Shown one piece after another: positions 11,163 to 22,990 of a stretch of DNA of 35,273 bases. A program made the translations under genes and the position numbers. Every line of letters begins with the position of its first letter. Positions within the stretch are counted from its first letter, which is position 1. The DNA is from Bacteroidota bacterium (lineage in GTDB: Bacteria > Bacteroidota > Bacteroidia > NS11-12g > UBA955). Location of the stretch: assembly GCA_009918425.1 (NCBI GenBank), contig RGEC01000003.1, forward strand, positions 1 through 35,273, read 5' to 3'. The notes under the pieces are model-generated. The model did not search any database. It was not told where the DNA came from and was given only the letters and a program-made list of their open reading frames with translations.

Positions 11163-11345
11163 TTACTTGGTGTTTTCTACTTTAATAAGATGATTAACGG
11201 TGTTGATCATACCCTGAATCTGATTATTCAGTTCTATTTCAGCACTCGCATTGATTTTGCGGAGACCTAAGGCACGAAGCGTAGCTTTCTGGTTCTTGGG
11301 ATATCCGATACCGCTTTTTACCAGTGTAATTTTAACTTTTCCCAT
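11163..11345 (-). CDS. rpmD: 50S ribosomal protein L30
   Basis: KITLVKSGIG..TLRALGLRK; position between rpsE and rplO. Confidence 0.95.
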   Translation of the reverse strand: MGKVKITLVKSGIGYPKNQKATLRALGLRKINASAEIELNNQIQGMINTVNHLIKVENTK

Positions 11346-11349
11346 GACC

Positions 11350-11868
11350 TTATCCGTTGAATACTTTTTTAAGATTAATATTTCTCATTTTGGCCACTGC
11401 ATAAGGGTCTCTCATGGTAGTTAGGGCATCGAATGTAGCCTTAACAACGTTGTGGGGGTTTGAGGAACCTTTGGATTTGGCCAATACGTCGGTTACACCC
11501 GCACTTTCCAGCACGGCACGCATAGCACCACCGGCAATAACACCGGTACCATGTGCTGCGGGCTTAAGGAATACGCGACCTCCGCCGAATTTACCGGTCT
11601 GTTCGTGAGGAACCGTACCGTTTATTACAGGAACTTTGATGAGGTTTTTCTTTGCATCTTCAATTCCTTTGTTTACGGCGTCCATTACTTCGTTGGAGCG
11701 ACCCAAACCATGACCTACCACACCATTTCCGTCACCCACAACTACGAGGGCACTGAAACTGAAAGTACGGCCACCTTTGGTTACTTTGGCAACACGATTG
11801 ATGGAAACCACTTTTTCGGTAAGTGTCAACTCACCGGGTCTCACACGCTTATTGATATTTTCAGACAT
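11350..11868 (-). CDS. rpsE: 30S ribosomal protein S5
   Basis: [30 protein letters not shown]. Confidence 0.98.
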   Translation of the reverse strand: MSENINKRVRPGELTLTEKVVSINRVAKVTKGGRTFSFSALVVVGDGNGVVGHGLGRSNEVMDAVNKGIEDAKKNLIKVPVINGTVPHEQTGKFGGGRVFLKPAAHGTGVIAGGAMRAVLESAGVTDVLAKSKGSSNPHNVVKATFDALTTMRDPYAVAKMRNINLKKVFNG

Positions 11869-11889
11869 TTGAATGACTTCTTTAATAAA

Positions 11890-12246
11890 TTAAAATTCCA
11901 ATCCTCCTTCGCGGGCTGCGTCTGCAAGGCTTTTTACACGTCCATGGTACAGATAACCGCCACGATCGAAAACTACAGACTTAATACCGGCTGCCATGGC
12001 TTTTTCGGCCAGTTTTTTACCTACCAAAGCAGATTTAGCTACCTTATTATCTTTTACATCCTTGATACCATCTTCAGAAGATGATGCAGAACAAAGGGTA
12101 ACTCCTTTGCTGTCATCTATGATCTGGGCGTAGATATCTTTATTGCTGCGGTATACACTGAGGCGGGGCCTTACAGTTGTTCCGCTTATACGACCGCGAA
12201 TACGGCTGCGAATTTTGCTTCTTCTTTGTGCTACTGATTTTGACAT
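11890..12246 (-). CDS. rplR: 50S ribosomal protein L18
   Basis: [36 protein letters not shown]. Confidence 0.98.
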   Translation of the reverse strand: MSKSVAQRRSKIRSRIRGRISGTTVRPRLSVYRSNKDIYAQIIDDSKGVTLCSASSSEDGIKDVKDNKVAKSALVGKKLAEKAMAAGIKSVVFDRGGYLYHGRVKSLADAAREGGLEF

Positions 12247-12258
12247 AACTAATTAAAA

Positions 12259-12810
12259 TTATTTGGCTGCTGATTTACCTGCCTTCTTTCTCAATACTTC
12301 ACCGGCAAACTTGATACCTTTACCCTTGTAAGGCTCAGGCTTACGGAATGAACGGATTTTAGCAGCTATCTGGCCTAAAAGCTGTTTGTCTGCACATTCC
12401 ATGGTGATGGAAGGGTTCTGACCTTTCAGCGTTTCAGTGGTAACTTTAATTTCCTTTGGGATCTCCAGCATGATGCGGTGAGAGTAACCCAGGGTAAAGT
12501 CTACCAGATTGCCCTGGTTGGATACTTTGTAACCAACACCGACCAATTCCTGTTTAACTGTGTGGCCCTGACTAACACCAACAACCATATTCTGAATCAA
12601 AGCACGGTAAAGGCCGTGCAATGCTTTATGTTGCTTGCTGTCGCTCGGGCGATTTACTGTCAGCACTCCATCGGTGATTTCAATTGTGATTTCTGTTCCG
12701 ATGTATTGCGACACTTCTCCTTTTGGACCCTTGGCAGTGATGTTTCCATTATCATTGGTAATGGTAACGCCGGCCGGGATACTGATGGGTGCTTTTCCTA
12801 CGCGTGACAT
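12259..12810 (-). CDS. rplF: 50S ribosomal protein L6
   Basis: MSRVGKAPI, RKPEPYKGKGI. Confidence 0.98.
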   Translation of the reverse strand: MSRVGKAPISIPAGVTITNDNGNITAKGPKGEVSQYIGTEITIEITDGVLTVNRPSDSKQHKALHGLYRALIQNMVVGVSQGHTVKQELVGVGYKVSNQGNLVDFTLGYSHRIMLEIPKEIKVTTETLKGQNPSITMECADKQLLGQIAAKIRSFRKPEPYKGKGIKFAGEVLRKKAGKSAAK

Positions 12811-12833
12811 TTTGTTTTATTGATTTATTATTA

Positions 12834-13232
12834 TTAAGATACGTAACACAATACTTCACCGCCAACATTCTGTGTGCGCGCTTCTTTGTCTGTCATTACA
12901 CCTTTTGAGGTGGTAAGAATCGCTACACCAAGACCATTCAATACACGGGGCATTGTGTCTACATTGGCATATCTGCGCAGACCCGGCGTGCTGACTCTGG
13001 ACAAACTGCGAATTGCGCTTGCCTTGGTAACGGGATCGTATTTAAGGGCTATTTTAATTACGCCCTGTTTGTTTTCTGAATCTTCGAATTTGTATTTAAG
13101 GATATATCCTTTTTCATACAAAACACGGGTGATTTCCTTTTTCAGGTTGCTGGCAGGAATTTCAACAATTCTGTGCTTCGCCTTCATGGCATTGCGCAAC
13201 CGGGTGAGAAAATCTGATATTGGATCGGTCAT
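12834..13232 (-). CDS. rpsH: 30S ribosomal protein S8
   Basis: MTDPISDFLTRLRNA, STPGLRRY, GGEVLCYV. Confidence 0.98.
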   Translation of the reverse strand: MTDPISDFLTRLRNAMKAKHRIVEIPASNLKKEITRVLYEKGYILKYKFEDSENKQGVIKIALKYDPVTKASAIRSLSRVSTPGLRRYANVDTMPRVLNGLGVAILTTSKGVMTDKEARTQNVGGEVLCYVS

Positions 13233-13250
13233 TTTATTCTTTTATTAATA

Positions 13251-13520
13251 TTACCAACTTGATTTAGTTACACCTGGAATCTTTCCGTCGCTCGCCAGTA
13301 ATCTGAACTGGTTACGGCAAATGCCGAAAGTACGGATGTAACCCCTTGGACGGCCTGTGAGTTTGCAACGATTGCGCAAACGAACGGGTGATGCATTTCT
13401 GGGAATACGCTGCAAAGCATCGTAATTTCCTTCAGCCTTAAGCGCGGCGCGTTTTTCAGCATAACGGGCCACCAGTGCCTCGCGCTTACGCTGTCTTGCC
13501 TTTATGGATTCTTTTGCCAT
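13251..13520 (-). CDS. rpsN: 30S ribosomal protein S14 (89-aa type lacking the full zinc motif)
   Basis: [21 protein letters not shown]. Confidence 0.97.
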   Translation of the reverse strand: MAKESIKARQRKREALVARYAEKRAALKAEGNYDALQRIPRNASPVRLRNRCKLTGRPRGYIRTFGICRNQFRLLASDGKIPGVTKSSW

Positions 13521-13525
13521 GTATA

Positions 13526-14077
13526 TTATTTACTTTTAAAGGGGAAACCCATCAGTTTCAGCAGTTCCAGACATTCCTCGTCTGTTTTGGCTGTGGTAAC
13601 GATGGTAATATCCATACCAGTGATTCTGTTAACTTTATCAATGTCAATTTCAGGGAAAATGATCTGTTCAGTAATGCCCATGTTAAAATTACCACGGCCA
13701 TCAAAACCTTTCACATTCAGGCCCTGAAAATCGCGTACGCGTGGCAATGCGATGCTGATGAGGCGATGTATAAAGTCATACATAGCTTCCTTGCGCAGGG
13801 TAACCCTTGCACCGATAGGCATATTCTCCCTTAATTTAAAGTTTGAAATAGCCTTGCGAGAGAATGTTGCCTGGGCTTTCTGACCGGATATTTTGGTCAT
13901 TTCCTCTACAGCGGCATCTACCAGTTTTTTATCATTTACTGCAGCACCCACACCTTGGTTGAGGCTAACCTTTACCAAACGGGGCATTTCCATTACATTT
14001 TTGTAACCGAATTTCTCCTTAAGAGCCGGCACTACGACTTCCTCGTAGCGGGTTTGCAGAAGTGGTTTATAGCTCAT
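13526..14077 (-). CDS. rplE: 50S ribosomal protein L5
   Basis: [39 protein letters not shown]. Confidence 0.98.
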   Translation of the reverse strand: MSYKPLLQTRYEEVVVPALKEKFGYKNVMEMPRLVKVSLNQGVGAAVNDKKLVDAAVEEMTKISGQKAQATFSRKAISNFKLRENMPIGARVTLRKEAMYDFIHRLISIALPRVRDFQGLNVKGFDGRGNFNMGITEQIIFPEIDIDKVNRITGMDITIVTTAKTDEECLELLKLMGFPFKSK

Positions 14078-14088
14078 TTTTCTAATTC

Positions 14089-14415
14089 TTATTTAATAAA
14101 TTCTCCGGTTTTGCGGGCAACTCTTTGCAGTTTGCCATCATCATTCAGCTTTCTACCGATTCGGGTTGGCTTGCCACCTACTACTACCATAAGGTTTGAA
14201 ATATGGATGGGAGCCTCAACCTTATCAATTTTACCGCTGGTATTCTGGGCAGTAGGTTTGCGGTGTTTGGTAACGATGTTCAAACCTTCTACCAAAGCGC
14301 GGTTGTCAGCTACCATAACCTTCAGGACCTTACCGGTTTTTCCTTTGTCATCCCCGGAAATCACCTTTACGGTATCTCCTTTTTTAATATGCAATTTAAC
14401 TTTTGACACTTTCAA
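14089..14415 (-). CDS. rplX: 50S ribosomal protein L24 (non-ATG start: TTG 14415 or GTG 14409)
   Basis: KOW motif [27 protein letters not shown]. Confidence 0.95.
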   Translation of the reverse strand: MKVSKVKLHIKKGDTVKVISGDDKGKTGKVLKVMVADNRALVEGLNIVTKHRKPTAQNTSGKIDKVEAPIHISNLMVVVGGKPTRIGRKLNDDGKLQRVARKTGEFIK

Positions 14416-14421
14416 TATTGA

Positions 14422-14790
14422 TTAAAGCACTTCTGGTGCAAGTGATACAATTTTCATGAACTGCTTGTCACGGAGTTCCCTTGCTACAGGCCCGAAAATA
14501 CGAGTACCTCTGGGTTCATCCGAAGCATTTAACAGTACACAGCTGTTCTCATCAAAACGGATATAGGATCCGTCGGGACGGCGAACTTCTTTTTTAACAC
14601 GCACAACCACCGCTTTGGATACGGCTCCTTTTTTCATACCGCCGCCAGGCATAGCGTCTTTTACGCTTACCACGATTTTGTCTCCAACTGAGGCATAACG
14701 ACGGCCTGATCCACCGAGTACGCGGATGCAGAGCACTTCGCGTGCACCGCTGTTGTCAGCTACTTTTAGTCTTGATTCCTGTTGTACCAT
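14422..14790 (-). CDS. rplN: 50S ribosomal protein L14
   Basis: [27 protein letters not shown]. Confidence 0.98.
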   Translation of the reverse strand: MVQQESRLKVADNSGAREVLCIRVLGGSGRRYASVGDKIVVSVKDAMPGGGMKKGAVSKAVVVRVKKEVRRPDGSYIRFDENSCVLLNASDEPRGTRIFGPVARELRDKQFMKIVSLAPEVL

Positions 14791-14791
14791 C

Positions 14792-15052
14792 TTATTTAGC
14801 TTTTTCTACTACTTCGACCAATCTCCAACGTTTGGTTTTGCTCAAAGGACGTGTTTCCATGATGCGAACGATATCGTTTTCACCACATTGGTTGGTTTCG
14901 TCATGAGCTGTGTATTTCTTGGTCTTTTTGAAATACTTACCATATTTGGGGTGTTTCACGTTACGAACAACCGATACCACAATGGTTTTATCCATCTTGG
15001 TACTGGTTACCGTGCCGGTAATTTCTTTCCGTGAATTCCTTACTGTTTCCAT
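14792..15052 (-). CDS. rpsQ: 30S ribosomal protein S17
   Basis: [27 protein letters not shown]. Confidence 0.98.
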   Translation of the reverse strand: METVRNSRKEITGTVTSTKMDKTIVVSVVRNVKHPKYGKYFKKTKKYTAHDETNQCGENDIVRIMETRPLSKTKRWRLVEVVEKAK

Positions 15053-15288
15053 TAGTTATTCTCTCCGTTATTCTTTTTCATATAAGCAGCCAACTCAGCC
15101 TGAATGCGGCGATTGTTCAATTCAGTAAGCATTCTTGCAATGTTCTTACGGGTAATTGACAACTTGTGCGGCTGTTCAATCTGAGAAACTGTATTCTGGA
15201 ACTTCATCTTCTGGTAGCGCGTACGTTCTTCTCTGTAAGCGGTCACAAGTTCCTTATTAGACATTCCTTTTACTTCTTCGTTTTTCAT
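15052..15288 (-). CDS. rpmC: 50S ribosomal protein L29
   Basis: Position between rplP and rpsQ; [11 protein letters not shown] motif. Confidence 0.92.
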   Translation of the reverse strand: MKNEEVKGMSNKELVTAYREERTRYQKMKFQNTVSQIEQPHKLSITRKNIARMLTELNNRRIQAELAAYMKKNNGENN

Positions 15289-15290
15289 AA

Positions 15291-15716
15291 TTATGCCTCC
15301 TCGGCGAAATCAGGACGTACAACAAATTTGGTGGTTACCGGCAGTTTCTGGGCAGCCAGACGCATTCCTTCTTTGGCAGTTTCCAGGGGTACACCACCCA
15401 CCTCGAACATAATGGTTCCGGGTTTTACGGTAGCAACCCAATATTCGGGAGCACCCTTACCCTTACCCATACGCACTTCAGCAGGCTTTTTGGTTACGGG
15501 TTTGTCCGGGAAAATACGGATCCAAACCTGTCCTTCACGCTTAAGATAGCGGGTAAGAGCAATACGGGCAGCTTCAATCTGACGGGCTGTGATCCAGTGA
15601 GGTTCAAGGCTTTTGAGACCGAAACTTCCGAAATCAACGCGGTGACCACGGGTTGCAACACCTTTCACACGGCCTTTCTGCTGTTTCCTATATTTGGTTC
15701 TTTTTGGGCTAAGCAT
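15291..15716 (-). CDS. rplP: 50S ribosomal protein L16
   Basis: [26 protein letters not shown]. Confidence 0.98.
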   Translation of the reverse strand: MLSPKRTKYRKQQKGRVKGVATRGHRVDFGSFGLKSLEPHWITARQIEAARIALTRYLKREGQVWIRIFPDKPVTKKPAEVRMGKGKGAPEYWVATVKPGTIMFEVGGVPLETAKEGMRLAAQKLPVTTKFVVRPDFAEEA

Positions 15717-15738
15717 CGTTTCTTTCTTTTAATCTTGA

Positions 15739-16488
15739 TTATTTACGCTTGCGGCGATCACCACCAGGACGAGGACCTCTGTCGCGGTCTCTGCCTCTGT
15801 CGTCTCTTCCTCTTGCACCGTCGCGCTTTCTTTCTGTATCCAACTGAGGTGCCAGGTCAACCTTGCCATAGATTTCACCACGGCACAGCCATACCTTGAT
15901 ACCAATTTTACCATACACGGTCTGAGCTTCTACAATAGCGTAGTCGATATTACTTCTGAGCGTGTGCAGAGGAGTACGTCCGTCTTTATACATCTCAGAA
16001 CGAGCAATTTCACCACCGTTCAAACGACCGCTGATTCTTACCTTAATTCCTTCTGCGCCCATTTTCATGCTGCTTTGAATAGCATTCTTCACGGCACGCT
16101 TGTAAGAAAAACGATTCTCGATCTGCTGGGCGATGTTCTCACCAACTAACTGCGCATCGAGCTCAGGTCTTTTGATTTCGTTGATATTGATCTGAACATC
16201 CTTACCGGTAATCTTGCGGATTTCCTCACGGATTGTATCTACTTCCTGGCCACCACGACCAATAACAATACCAGGGCGTGATGTATGAATGGTAATGGTG
16301 ATGCGCTTCAGAGTGCGCTCGATTACCACTTTGGCAATACCCCCTTTGGGTATGCGAACACGCAGATATTTGCGGATTTTTTCGTCTTCAACCAGTTTAT
16401 CACCGTAGTCTTTTCCACCATACCAGTTGGAGTCCCAACCACGAATGATTCCCAGACGCAATCCTATTGGGTTAACCTTTTGTCCCAT
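15739..16488 (-). CDS. rpsC: 30S ribosomal protein S3
   Basis: [38 protein letters not shown]. Confidence 0.98.
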   Translation of the reverse strand: MGQKVNPIGLRLGIIRGWDSNWYGGKDYGDKLVEDEKIRKYLRVRIPKGGIAKVVIERTLKRITITIHTSRPGIVIGRGGQEVDTIREEIRKITGKDVQININEIKRPELDAQLVGENIAQQIENRFSYKRAVKNAIQSSMKMGAEGIKVRISGRLNGGEIARSEMYKDGRTPLHTLRSNIDYAIVEAQTVYGKIGIKVWLCRGEIYGKVDLAPQLDTERKRDGARGRDDRGRDRDRGPRPGGDRRKRK

Positions 16489-16489
16489 A

Positions 16490-16855
16490 TTAGTTATTTA
16501 CCTCACTTTTTGTTACAGTATCAATGACAATCGTTACGTGGTTGCTGCGCTTGCGCTGACGGTAACCGCGACCCTGAGGGGCAGTGCGTAGACGCTTCAT
16601 GGTTACACCACCATCCACCAGTATTGACTTTACATACAGATCGCTGTCTTCAATTCGCTCACCGGAATTGATCTGACTCCAGTTGGCTACACCGCTGCGA
16701 ATCAACTTGCTCAGAAACAAGGCATAACCTGGCTTCTGGTTCCACTGAAGGATGTTGAGAGCACGTTCTACTTTCTGACCACGTACCAAATCTGCCACCA
16801 TACGCATTTTGCGGGGTGAAAGAGGGCAGTTTCTCAAAATTGCTTTAGCTTCCAT
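16490..16855 (-). CDS. rplV: 50S ribosomal protein L22
   Basis: [29 protein letters not shown]. Confidence 0.97.
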   Translation of the reverse strand: MEAKAILRNCPLSPRKMRMVADLVRGQKVERALNILQWNQKPGYALFLSKLIRSGVANWSQINSGERIEDSDLYVKSILVDGGVTMKRLRTAPQGRGYRQRKRSNHVTIVIDTVTKSEVNN

Positions 16856-16873
16856 TTTGTTTCTTCTCCCTTT

Positions 16874-17131
16874 TTATTTGCTGTGACCTTTGAAAGTGCG
16901 GGTTGGAGCGAATTCGCCCAACTTATGACCTACCATGTTCTCGGTTACATAAACCGGAATGAATTTATTTCCGTTGTGCACAGCGAATGTGTGTCCCACG
17001 AAATCGGGGAGAATCATGCTGCGGCGCGACCAGGTTTTAACAACCGATTTTTTGTTACCCTCGTTAAGAACGGTAACCTTGCGCATCAACTTATAGTCTA
17101 CGAATGGGCCTTTTTTTACTGACCTTGCCAT
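16874..17131 (-). CDS. rpsS: 30S ribosomal protein S19
   Basis: [28 protein letters not shown]. Confidence 0.98.
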   Translation of the reverse strand: MARSVKKGPFVDYKLMRKVTVLNEGNKKSVVKTWSRRSMILPDFVGHTFAVHNGNKFIPVYVTENMVGHKLGEFAPTRTFKGHSK

Positions 17132-17143
17132 TTTTTTTAGTTA

Positions 17144-17983
17144 TTAATTGCTGTTCCTCTTACTTTTTCTACGTTCGATAATCAGGCGGCTTGTGGCTTT
17201 CTTGGGCGCACGCGTCTTCTGACCTTGTGAATAAATCAGGTTTCTTGAACGAGCCTGACCACCTTTGTTGCGGCCTTCGCCACCACCCATCGGGTGATCA
17301 ACAGGGTTCATGGCTGTACTTCTGGTGCGGGGACGAATACCCAACCAACGGCTACGTCCGGCTTTGCCTTTGCGCAGTAAATTGTGTTCGCTGTTGCTAA
17401 CAGAACCTATTGTAGCAAGACATGCAGACAACACTTTTCTCAATTCACCTGAAGGCAATTTGATGGTTGCATATTTGTCTTCGCGACCCAGCAACTGAGC
17501 ATAAGAACCGGCACTTCTGCAGATTTTAGCTCCTTGACCGGGCGACATTTCAATGTTGTGAATCAAAGAACCCAGGGGAATTTCCGACATAGGAAGTGCG
17601 TTTCCGATTTCGGGGGGAACGCCTGGACCCTGTTCGATTTTCTGGCCTACCTTAATGCCGTTGGGGGCAATGATGTAGCGCTTTTCACCATCGGTATACT
17701 GAATCAGTGAAATGAATGCGCTGCGGTTTGGATCGTATTCTACGCTGAGAACTTCACCGGCCACACCATGATTGGCTCTTTTGAAGTCAATCATACGATA
17801 ACGGCGCTTGTGTCCGCCACCGATAAAACGCATGGTCATGCGACCCTGGTTATTTCTTCCGCCTGATTTCTTGATAGGAACAATCAGGGATTTTTCCGGC
17901 TTGTCTGTGGTGATTTCTGCAAACGAGTTTGCAATGTGAAACCGTTGACCGGGCGTTGTTGGATTTAAACGTTTAACTGCCAT
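17144..17983 (-). CDS. rplB: 50S ribosomal protein L2
   Basis: [29 protein letters not shown]. Confidence 0.98.
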   Translation of the reverse strand: MAVKRLNPTTPGQRFHIANSFAEITTDKPEKSLIVPIKKSGGRNNQGRMTMRFIGGGHKRRYRMIDFKRANHGVAGEVLSVEYDPNRSAFISLIQYTDGEKRYIIAPNGIKVGQKIEQGPGVPPEIGNALPMSEIPLGSLIHNIEMSPGQGAKICRSAGSYAQLLGREDKYATIKLPSGELRKVLSACLATIGSVSNSEHNLLRKGKAGRSRWLGIRPRTRSTAMNPVDHPMGGGEGRNKGGQARSRNLIYSQGQKTRAPKKATSRLIIERRKSKRNSN

Positions 17984-17985
17984 GA

Positions 17986-18270
17986 TCAGATGTTTTCGTA
18001 AAAGTCAATGTTGAAACCTTCTTTTAACGTCACGATGGCCTTTTTATACCCGTTGGTATAACCGGAGATCTGGCCTGTGCGTCTGTTGCGACGCATTTTC
18101 CCCCTTGCAATCATTGTGTTTACTGATGCCACTTCCACTCCATAGAAATCTTCGATGGCCTTTTTGATTTCGTCTTTGGTAGATTTTTTATCTACTACGA
18201 AACCATATTGACCACGCTTATCCATGATAGCGGTCATTTTCTCAGTAATCAACGGCTTCTTGAGTATCAT
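17986..18270 (-). CDS. rplW: 50S ribosomal protein L23
   Basis: [21 protein letters not shown]. Confidence 0.96.
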   Translation of the reverse strand: MILKKPLITEKMTAIMDKRGQYGFVVDKKSTKDEIKKAIEDFYGVEVASVNTMIARGKMRRNRRTGQISGYTNGYKKAIVTLKEGFNIDFYENI

Positions 18271-18893
18271 TGTTTATTTGATTCTTCTAATTTGGTTAAT
18301 GCTCCTTCTGTGAGGATAAGCTTTCCGGCTTTCAAAACCTGGTAGGTATTGATATCAGCAGCCTTCATCACAGTGTTACCTTCAATATTCCTTCCGCTGA
18401 GGTATATGTTTTTGTTGGTTTCTGCAGTTACGAACAATGTGCGGGCATTGATGTTCAGTGCATTCAGGAAACCTTTGAATTCGGCAGTTTTGGGTGTTGC
18501 CATTTCAAAATCCTCAACAACAAGAATGTTATTTTCCTTAGCCTTGTAAGAAAGCGCGCTCAAACGAGCCAACTTTTTCAGTTTCTTGTTTAACTTGAAC
18601 GAGTAGTCGCGGGGACGGGGACCATGAATACGGCCACCACCCACGTAGATACCTGACTTTAAGCTACCATGACGGGCTCCGCCTGTTCCTTTTTGGCGAA
18701 ACAGCTTGCGTGTACTACGAGAAATCTCAGAACGGTCCTTGGTTTTGTGTGTACCCTGACGCTGATTTGCCTGAAACTGTTTAACATCCAGCCAGATAGC
18801 GTGATCATTGGGTTCTATTCCAAAGATATCTTTGGATAATGTAACCGTTCTTCCGGTTTCAGCACCCTGTTTGTTTAATACATTGATTTTCAT
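18267..18893 (-). CDS. rplD: 50S ribosomal protein L4
   Basis: [31 protein letters not shown]. Confidence 0.98.
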   Translation of the reverse strand: MKINVLNKQGAETGRTVTLSKDIFGIEPNDHAIWLDVKQFQANQRQGTHKTKDRSEISRSTRKLFRQKGTGGARHGSLKSGIYVGGGRIHGPRPRDYSFKLNKKLKKLARLSALSYKAKENNILVVEDFEMATPKTAEFKGFLNALNINARTLFVTAETNKNIYLSGRNIEGNTVMKAADINTYQVLKAGKLILTEGALTKLEESNKQ

Positions 18894-18895
18894 GG

Positions 18896-19522
18896 TTAAC
18901 GCTCAACTATTACGGTGGAACCATTATGGCCGGGAACGGATCCCTTAACCAACAATAAATTTTGTTCAGGAACGATACGAAGCACCTGCATGTTTACGGC
19001 TTTCACGCGGCGATTGCCGGTTTGTCCTGCCATACGGATACCTTTGAAAACACGGGCAGGAAATGAACAGGCACCGATAGAACCGGGGGCACGCAGGCGG
19101 TTGTGCTGACCGTGGGTAGCTTCACCCACACCAGCAAATCCATGGCGCTTTACAACACCTTGAAATCCCTTACCCTTTGAAGTTCCGATCACATCCACAA
19201 ACTGGCCTTCTTCGAAGATGGAAACATCAAATACGTCTCCCAGTTTAGCAGCAGCTTCAGCTTCATCAGGGTTACGAAATTCTACGAAAGATTTTTTCGC
19301 ATCTGTATTGGCTTTTGCGCAGTGGCCTTTTAAGGCAGCCCCTGCATTCTTTTCTTTTTTCTCACCCCAGGCCATCTGGATCGCGCTGTATCCATCTTTT
19401 TCCTGGGTTTTAACCTGCGTTATTACACAGGGACCGGCCTCAATAACGGTGCAAGCCACCTTGCGGCCATCAGCATCAAAAATGCTGGTCATTCCGAGTT
19501 TTTTTCCAATCAATCCTTCCAT
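18896..19522 (-). CDS. rplC: 50S ribosomal protein L3
   Basis: [29 protein letters not shown]. Confidence 0.98.
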   Translation of the reverse strand: MEGLIGKKLGMTSIFDADGRKVACTVIEAGPCVITQVKTQEKDGYSAIQMAWGEKKEKNAGAALKGHCAKANTDAKKSFVEFRNPDEAEAAAKLGDVFDVSIFEEGQFVDVIGTSKGKGFQGVVKRHGFAGVGEATHGQHNRLRAPGSIGACSFPARVFKGIRMAGQTGNRRVKAVNMQVLRIVPEQNLLLVKGSVPGHNGSTVIVER

Positions 19523-19530
19523 GGTTCAAA

Positions 19531-19839
19531 TCACAATTTGATTTCAACTTCTACCCCGCTGGGCAGTTCTATTTTCATGAGGGCGTCTACGGTTTTGGTA
19601 GAGCCGTTATAAATGTCAATCAGTCTCTGATACGTGCAGTACTGAAACTGTTCACGTGCTTTCTTGTTTACGTGTGGTGAACGCAATACGGTGAATATCT
19701 TCTTGCGGGTAGGAAGAGGAACCGGTCCACTTACAACTACGTCTGTAGTGCGCACGGCCTTCACAATTTTCTCAGCGCTTTTATCCAGCAGGCTGTGATC
19801 GAAAGACTTTAATTTTATGCGAATCTTCTGGCTTAACAT
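19531..19839 (-). CDS. rpsJ: 30S ribosomal protein S10
   Basis: [30 protein letters not shown]. Confidence 0.98.
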   Translation of the reverse strand: MLSQKIRIKLKSFDHSLLDKSAEKIVKAVRTTDVVVSGPVPLPTRKKIFTVLRSPHVNKKAREQFQYCTYQRLIDIYNGSTKTVDALMKIELPSGVEVEIKL

Positions 19840-19847
19840 TTTCTTAA

Positions 19848-21983
19848 TTATTTACTGGCTGCACCATTAACTTTCTTCAAAACCTCGTCTGCAATGTTGC
19901 GGGGAGTTTCTGAATAGTGACTGAATTCCATACTTGAAGTAGCGCGACCTGATGTGATGGTACGAAGGGTTGTTACGTATCCAAACATTTCACTCAGCGG
20001 AACTTTAGCTTTTACCACCTGAGAACCTGCGCGCTCATCAATACCCTCGAGTTGTCCACGGCGGCGGTTAAGGTCACCCATAACATCACCGGTATTTTCA
20101 GCAGGTGTTACCACCTCCAGCTTCATGATAGGTTCCAGCAAAACCGGACCGCAATTGCGGGCAGCTTCACGGAAACCGCCTCTGGCTGCAACTTCGAATG
20201 ACAATGAGTCGGAGTCAACAGGGTGGAAAGATCCATCAAACAGACGAACTTTTATTGAGCTGATAGGATAGCCTGCCAATACACCATTTTGCATAGCAGC
20301 CTTAAATCCTTTTTCAACCGAAGGTATAAATTCACGGGGAATGGATCCACCTACAATTTCATTCACAAACTGAAGACCTTCGCCTTTGAAATCAGCATCA
20401 GCAGGGCCCAGTTCGAATTGAATATCGGCAAACTTACCACGACCACCGGTTTGCTTTTTATAAACTTCGCGGTGGGTAAAGTTGCGGGTAATGGCTTCTT
20501 TGTAAGCAACCTGAGGAGCACCCTGATTACATTCCACTTTGAACTCGCGCTTCAGTCGGTCAACGATAATTTCAAGGTGCAATTCACCCATACCGGATAC
20601 AACTGTCTGGCCTGTATCCTGATCTGTCTGAACGCGGAAAGTAGGATCTTCTTCAGCAAGTTTGGCCAGCGCAGTACTGAGCTTATCGCTGTCGGCCTGC
20701 GTTTTGGGCTCGATAGCAAGACCAATTACCGGATCAGGGAAAACCATAGATTCAAGCACGATTGGGTGCTTTTCGTCACAAAGGGTATCACCGGTTTTGA
20801 TATCTTTGAAACCTACTGCAGCACCGATATCACCGGCACCCAGAGATTCAATAGCATTTTGTTTGTTGGCATGCATCTGGAAAATACGGCTGATACGTTC
20901 TTTGTTACCACTGCGGGTATTAAGCACGTAAGAACCGGCATCCAGTTTGCCACTGTAGGCACGCATAAATGCAAGGCGACCAACATAAGGATCGGTAGCA
21001 ATTTTGAAAGCCAGCGCACTGAAAGGATCATCGTAGGAAGGCTTACGGGTAATTTCAGCCTCAGTATCGGGGTTTGTACCTTTGATGCTTTCCTTGTCAA
21101 GTGGGCTGGGCATCAATTCCATAACCAGATCCAGCATGGTTTGTACACCTTTATTTTTGAAAGACGAACCACAAACCATCGGAACAATTTTCATTTCCAG
21201 TGTAGCCTGACGGAGTGCATTGAGGATTTCTCTTTCGGTAATGCTGTTGGGATCTTCGAAGAATTTCTCCATCAAAGTTACGTCGTATTCAGAAACAGCC
21301 TCGAGCAGCTTTTCGCGCCACTCATTGGCTTCTGCTTCCATTTCGGCAGGAATGGGAACTACCTGATAGGTCATGCCTTTATCAGCCTCATTCCAGATCA
21401 TTCCGCGGTTGTTAATCAAATCAACCACACCTTTAAAATTGTCTTCAGCACCAATGGGAAGCTGCAGGGGCACTGCATTACTACCTAACATATCACGTAC
21501 CTGATTTACTACATTCAGAAAATCGGCGCCTGCGCGGTCCATTTTATTTACAAAACCGATACGGGCAACATTGTAGTTATTGGCCAGGCGCCAGTTGGTT
21601 TCTGACTGTGGTTCAACACCGTCAACTGCGCTGAACAGGAAAACCAGACCATCGAGTACGCGGAGTGAGCGGTTTACTTCTACTGTGAAGTCTACGTGAC
21701 CGGGAGTATCAATGATATTGATGTGATATTCTTTTGTATCGGCATTGGGACGTCCGTCGGTAGTAGGATAGTTCCACTTAACCGTGGTTGCTGCTGAAGT
21801 AATGGTAATACCTCTCTCCTGCTCCTGAACCATCCAGTCCATGGTGGCAGCACCATCGTGCACTTCACCAATCTTGTGGTTCACGCCCGCATAATAAAGA
21901 ATGCGTTCTGTAGTAGTGGTTTTACCGGCATCAATGTGAGCGGCAATACCGATGTTTCTTGTGTATCTAAGGTCGCGTGACAT
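19848..21983 (-). CDS. fusA: Elongation factor G
   Basis: [46 protein letters not shown]. Confidence 0.99.
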   Translation of the reverse strand: MSRDLRYTRNIGIAAHIDAGKTTTTERILYYAGVNHKIGEVHDGAATMDWMVQEQERGITITSAATTVKWNYPTTDGRPNADTKEYHINIIDTPGHVDFTVEVNRSLRVLDGLVFLFSAVDGVEPQSETNWRLANNYNVARIGFVNKMDRAGADFLNVVNQVRDMLGSNAVPLQLPIGAEDNFKGVVDLINNRGMIWNEADKGMTYQVVPIPAEMEAEANEWREKLLEAVSEYDVTLMEKFFEDPNSITEREILNALRQATLEMKIVPMVCGSSFKNKGVQTMLDLVMELMPSPLDKESIKGTNPDTEAEITRKPSYDDPFSALAFKIATDPYVGRLAFMRAYSGKLDAGSYVLNTRSGNKERISRIFQMHANKQNAIESLGAGDIGAAVGFKDIKTGDTLCDEKHPIVLESMVFPDPVIGLAIEPKTQADSDKLSTALAKLAEEDPTFRVQTDQDTGQTVVSGMGELHLEIIVDRLKREFKVECNQGAPQVAYKEAITRNFTHREVYKKQTGGRGKFADIQFELGPADADFKGEGLQFVNEIVGGSIPREFIPSVEKGFKAAMQNGVLAGYPISSIKVRLFDGSFHPVDSDSLSFEVAARGGFREAARNCGPVLLEPIMKLEVVTPAENTGDVMGDLNRRRGQLEGIDERAGSQVVKAKVPLSEMFGYVTTLRTITSGRATSSMEFSHYSETPRNIADEVLKKVNGAASK

Positions 21984-22007
21984 GAATCTTCTTCTCTTCT
22001 AATTATT

Positions 22008-22478
22008 TTAAACCCTAAAATGCGAGAAAGCCTTGTTGGCTTCAGCCATTTTGTGAGTATCTTCTTTTTTCTTTACTGCGGCACCTTCACCCCTGGAAGC
22101 GGCAAGAATTTCACCGGCCAGTTTTTCTGCCATTGATTTTTCGTTGCGCTTACGGGCATAACCTATCATCCACTTCATACCCACTGCAGTGCGGCGGCGG
22201 GGAGAAACTTCGGTAGGGATCTGGAAAGTAGCACCACCAACACGGCGGGCTTTAACTTCCACGGTAGGCATTACATTATTTAAAGCCTTGCGCCAGGTTT
22301 CAAGTCCGGGCTCATCGGGAGCTTTTTTCTCAACTATTTCCAGAGCATCATAGAACAGGCTGTATGCAAGAGACTTTTTGCCATCATACATCAGGCCGTT
22401 AACGAAACGCGTTACAACGGTGTCGTTGAACTTTGGATCGGGCAGAAGAATGCGTTTTTTAGCGCGGGTTTTTCTCAT
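22008..22478 (-). CDS. rpsG: 30S ribosomal protein S7
   Basis: [32 protein letters not shown]. Confidence 0.98.
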   Translation of the reverse strand: MRKTRAKKRILLPDPKFNDTVVTRFVNGLMYDGKKSLAYSLFYDALEIVEKKAPDEPGLETWRKALNNVMPTVEVKARRVGGATFQIPTEVSPRRRTAVGMKWMIGYARKRNEKSMAEKLAGEILAASRGEGAAVKKKEDTHKMAEANKAFSHFRV

Positions 22479-22512
22479 GGTCTGTCAGGTATACCTATAT
22501 ATAGTGTTGAAC

Positions 22513-22890
22513 TTATTTTTTCTTGGGACGTTTGGTGCCATACTTGGAACGGCGCTGATTGCGGCCTTCCACACCGGCTGTATCGAGCGCACCGCGTACG
22601 ATGTGGTAACGAACACCGGGAAGATCTTTTACCCTACCGCCACGAACCAGCACGATGCTGTGTTCCTGAAGGTTGTGACCTTCACCGGGGATGTAGGCAT
22701 TCACTTCCTTGCCATTGCTCAAACGAACACGGGCAACTTTGCGAAGTGCAGAGTTAGGTTTCTTAGGCGTGGTGGTGTATACACGGGTGCAAACACCACG
22801 GCGCTGGGGGCATGAATCAAGGGCGGGCGACTTGCTCTTCCAGAGCGTCTCCTGGCGACCTTTGCGTATTAACTGTTGAATAGTAGGCAT
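22513..22890 (-). CDS. rpsL: 30S ribosomal protein S12
   Basis: [29 protein letters not shown]. Confidence 0.99.
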   Translation of the reverse strand: MPTIQQLIRKGRQETLWKSKSPALDSCPQRRGVCTRVYTTTPKKPNSALRKVARVRLSNGKEVNAYIPGEGHNLQEHSIVLVRGGRVKDLPGVRYHIVRGALDTAGVEGRNQRRSKYGTKRPKKK

Positions 22891-22912
22891 ACTATCTCCT
22901 CAAAAAGGGCAG

Positions 22913-22943
22913 CAAAAATACAGCTATTTTTTCGCAAAACCAA
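22913..22943 (-). promoter_or_regulatory. Promoter of the rpsL-secY supercluster
   Basis: Minus strand TTG (22943-22941), 20 nt spacer, TATTTTTG (22920-22913), 22 nt before the rpsL ATG. Confidence 0.7.
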
Positions 22944-22982
22944 CACTGTAAGTAAAATTTTCTTAATCCCCCGAAATAATAT

Positions 22983-22990
22983 TAAGTTTG
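22983..22990 (+). promoter_or_regulatory. Candidate -7 element for the sulfatase gene
   Basis: TAAGTTTG matches TAnnTTTG and is divergent from the rpsL promoter; no clear -33 element. Confidence 0.4.

Noticed and set aside
15052-15110. Short C-terminal extension on L29
   Set aside because: An extension of about 12 residues is within ordinary variation.
15729-15914. Alternative-frame ORF over the rpsC 3' end
   Set aside because: Product of the low-complexity Arg/Asp/Gly tail of S3; no evidence of a frameshift.
19840-19847. No tuf after fusA and no S10 leader before rpsJ
   Set aside because: rpsL-rpsG-fusA-rpsJ without tuf is the normal Bacteroidota arrangement.
20289-21488. 399-aa plus-strand ORF antisense to fusA
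   Set aside because: Shadow ORF: codon bias in highly expressed genes depletes antisense stops, and it has no recognisable motif. The same applies to the many short antisense ORFs across the r-protein cluster.
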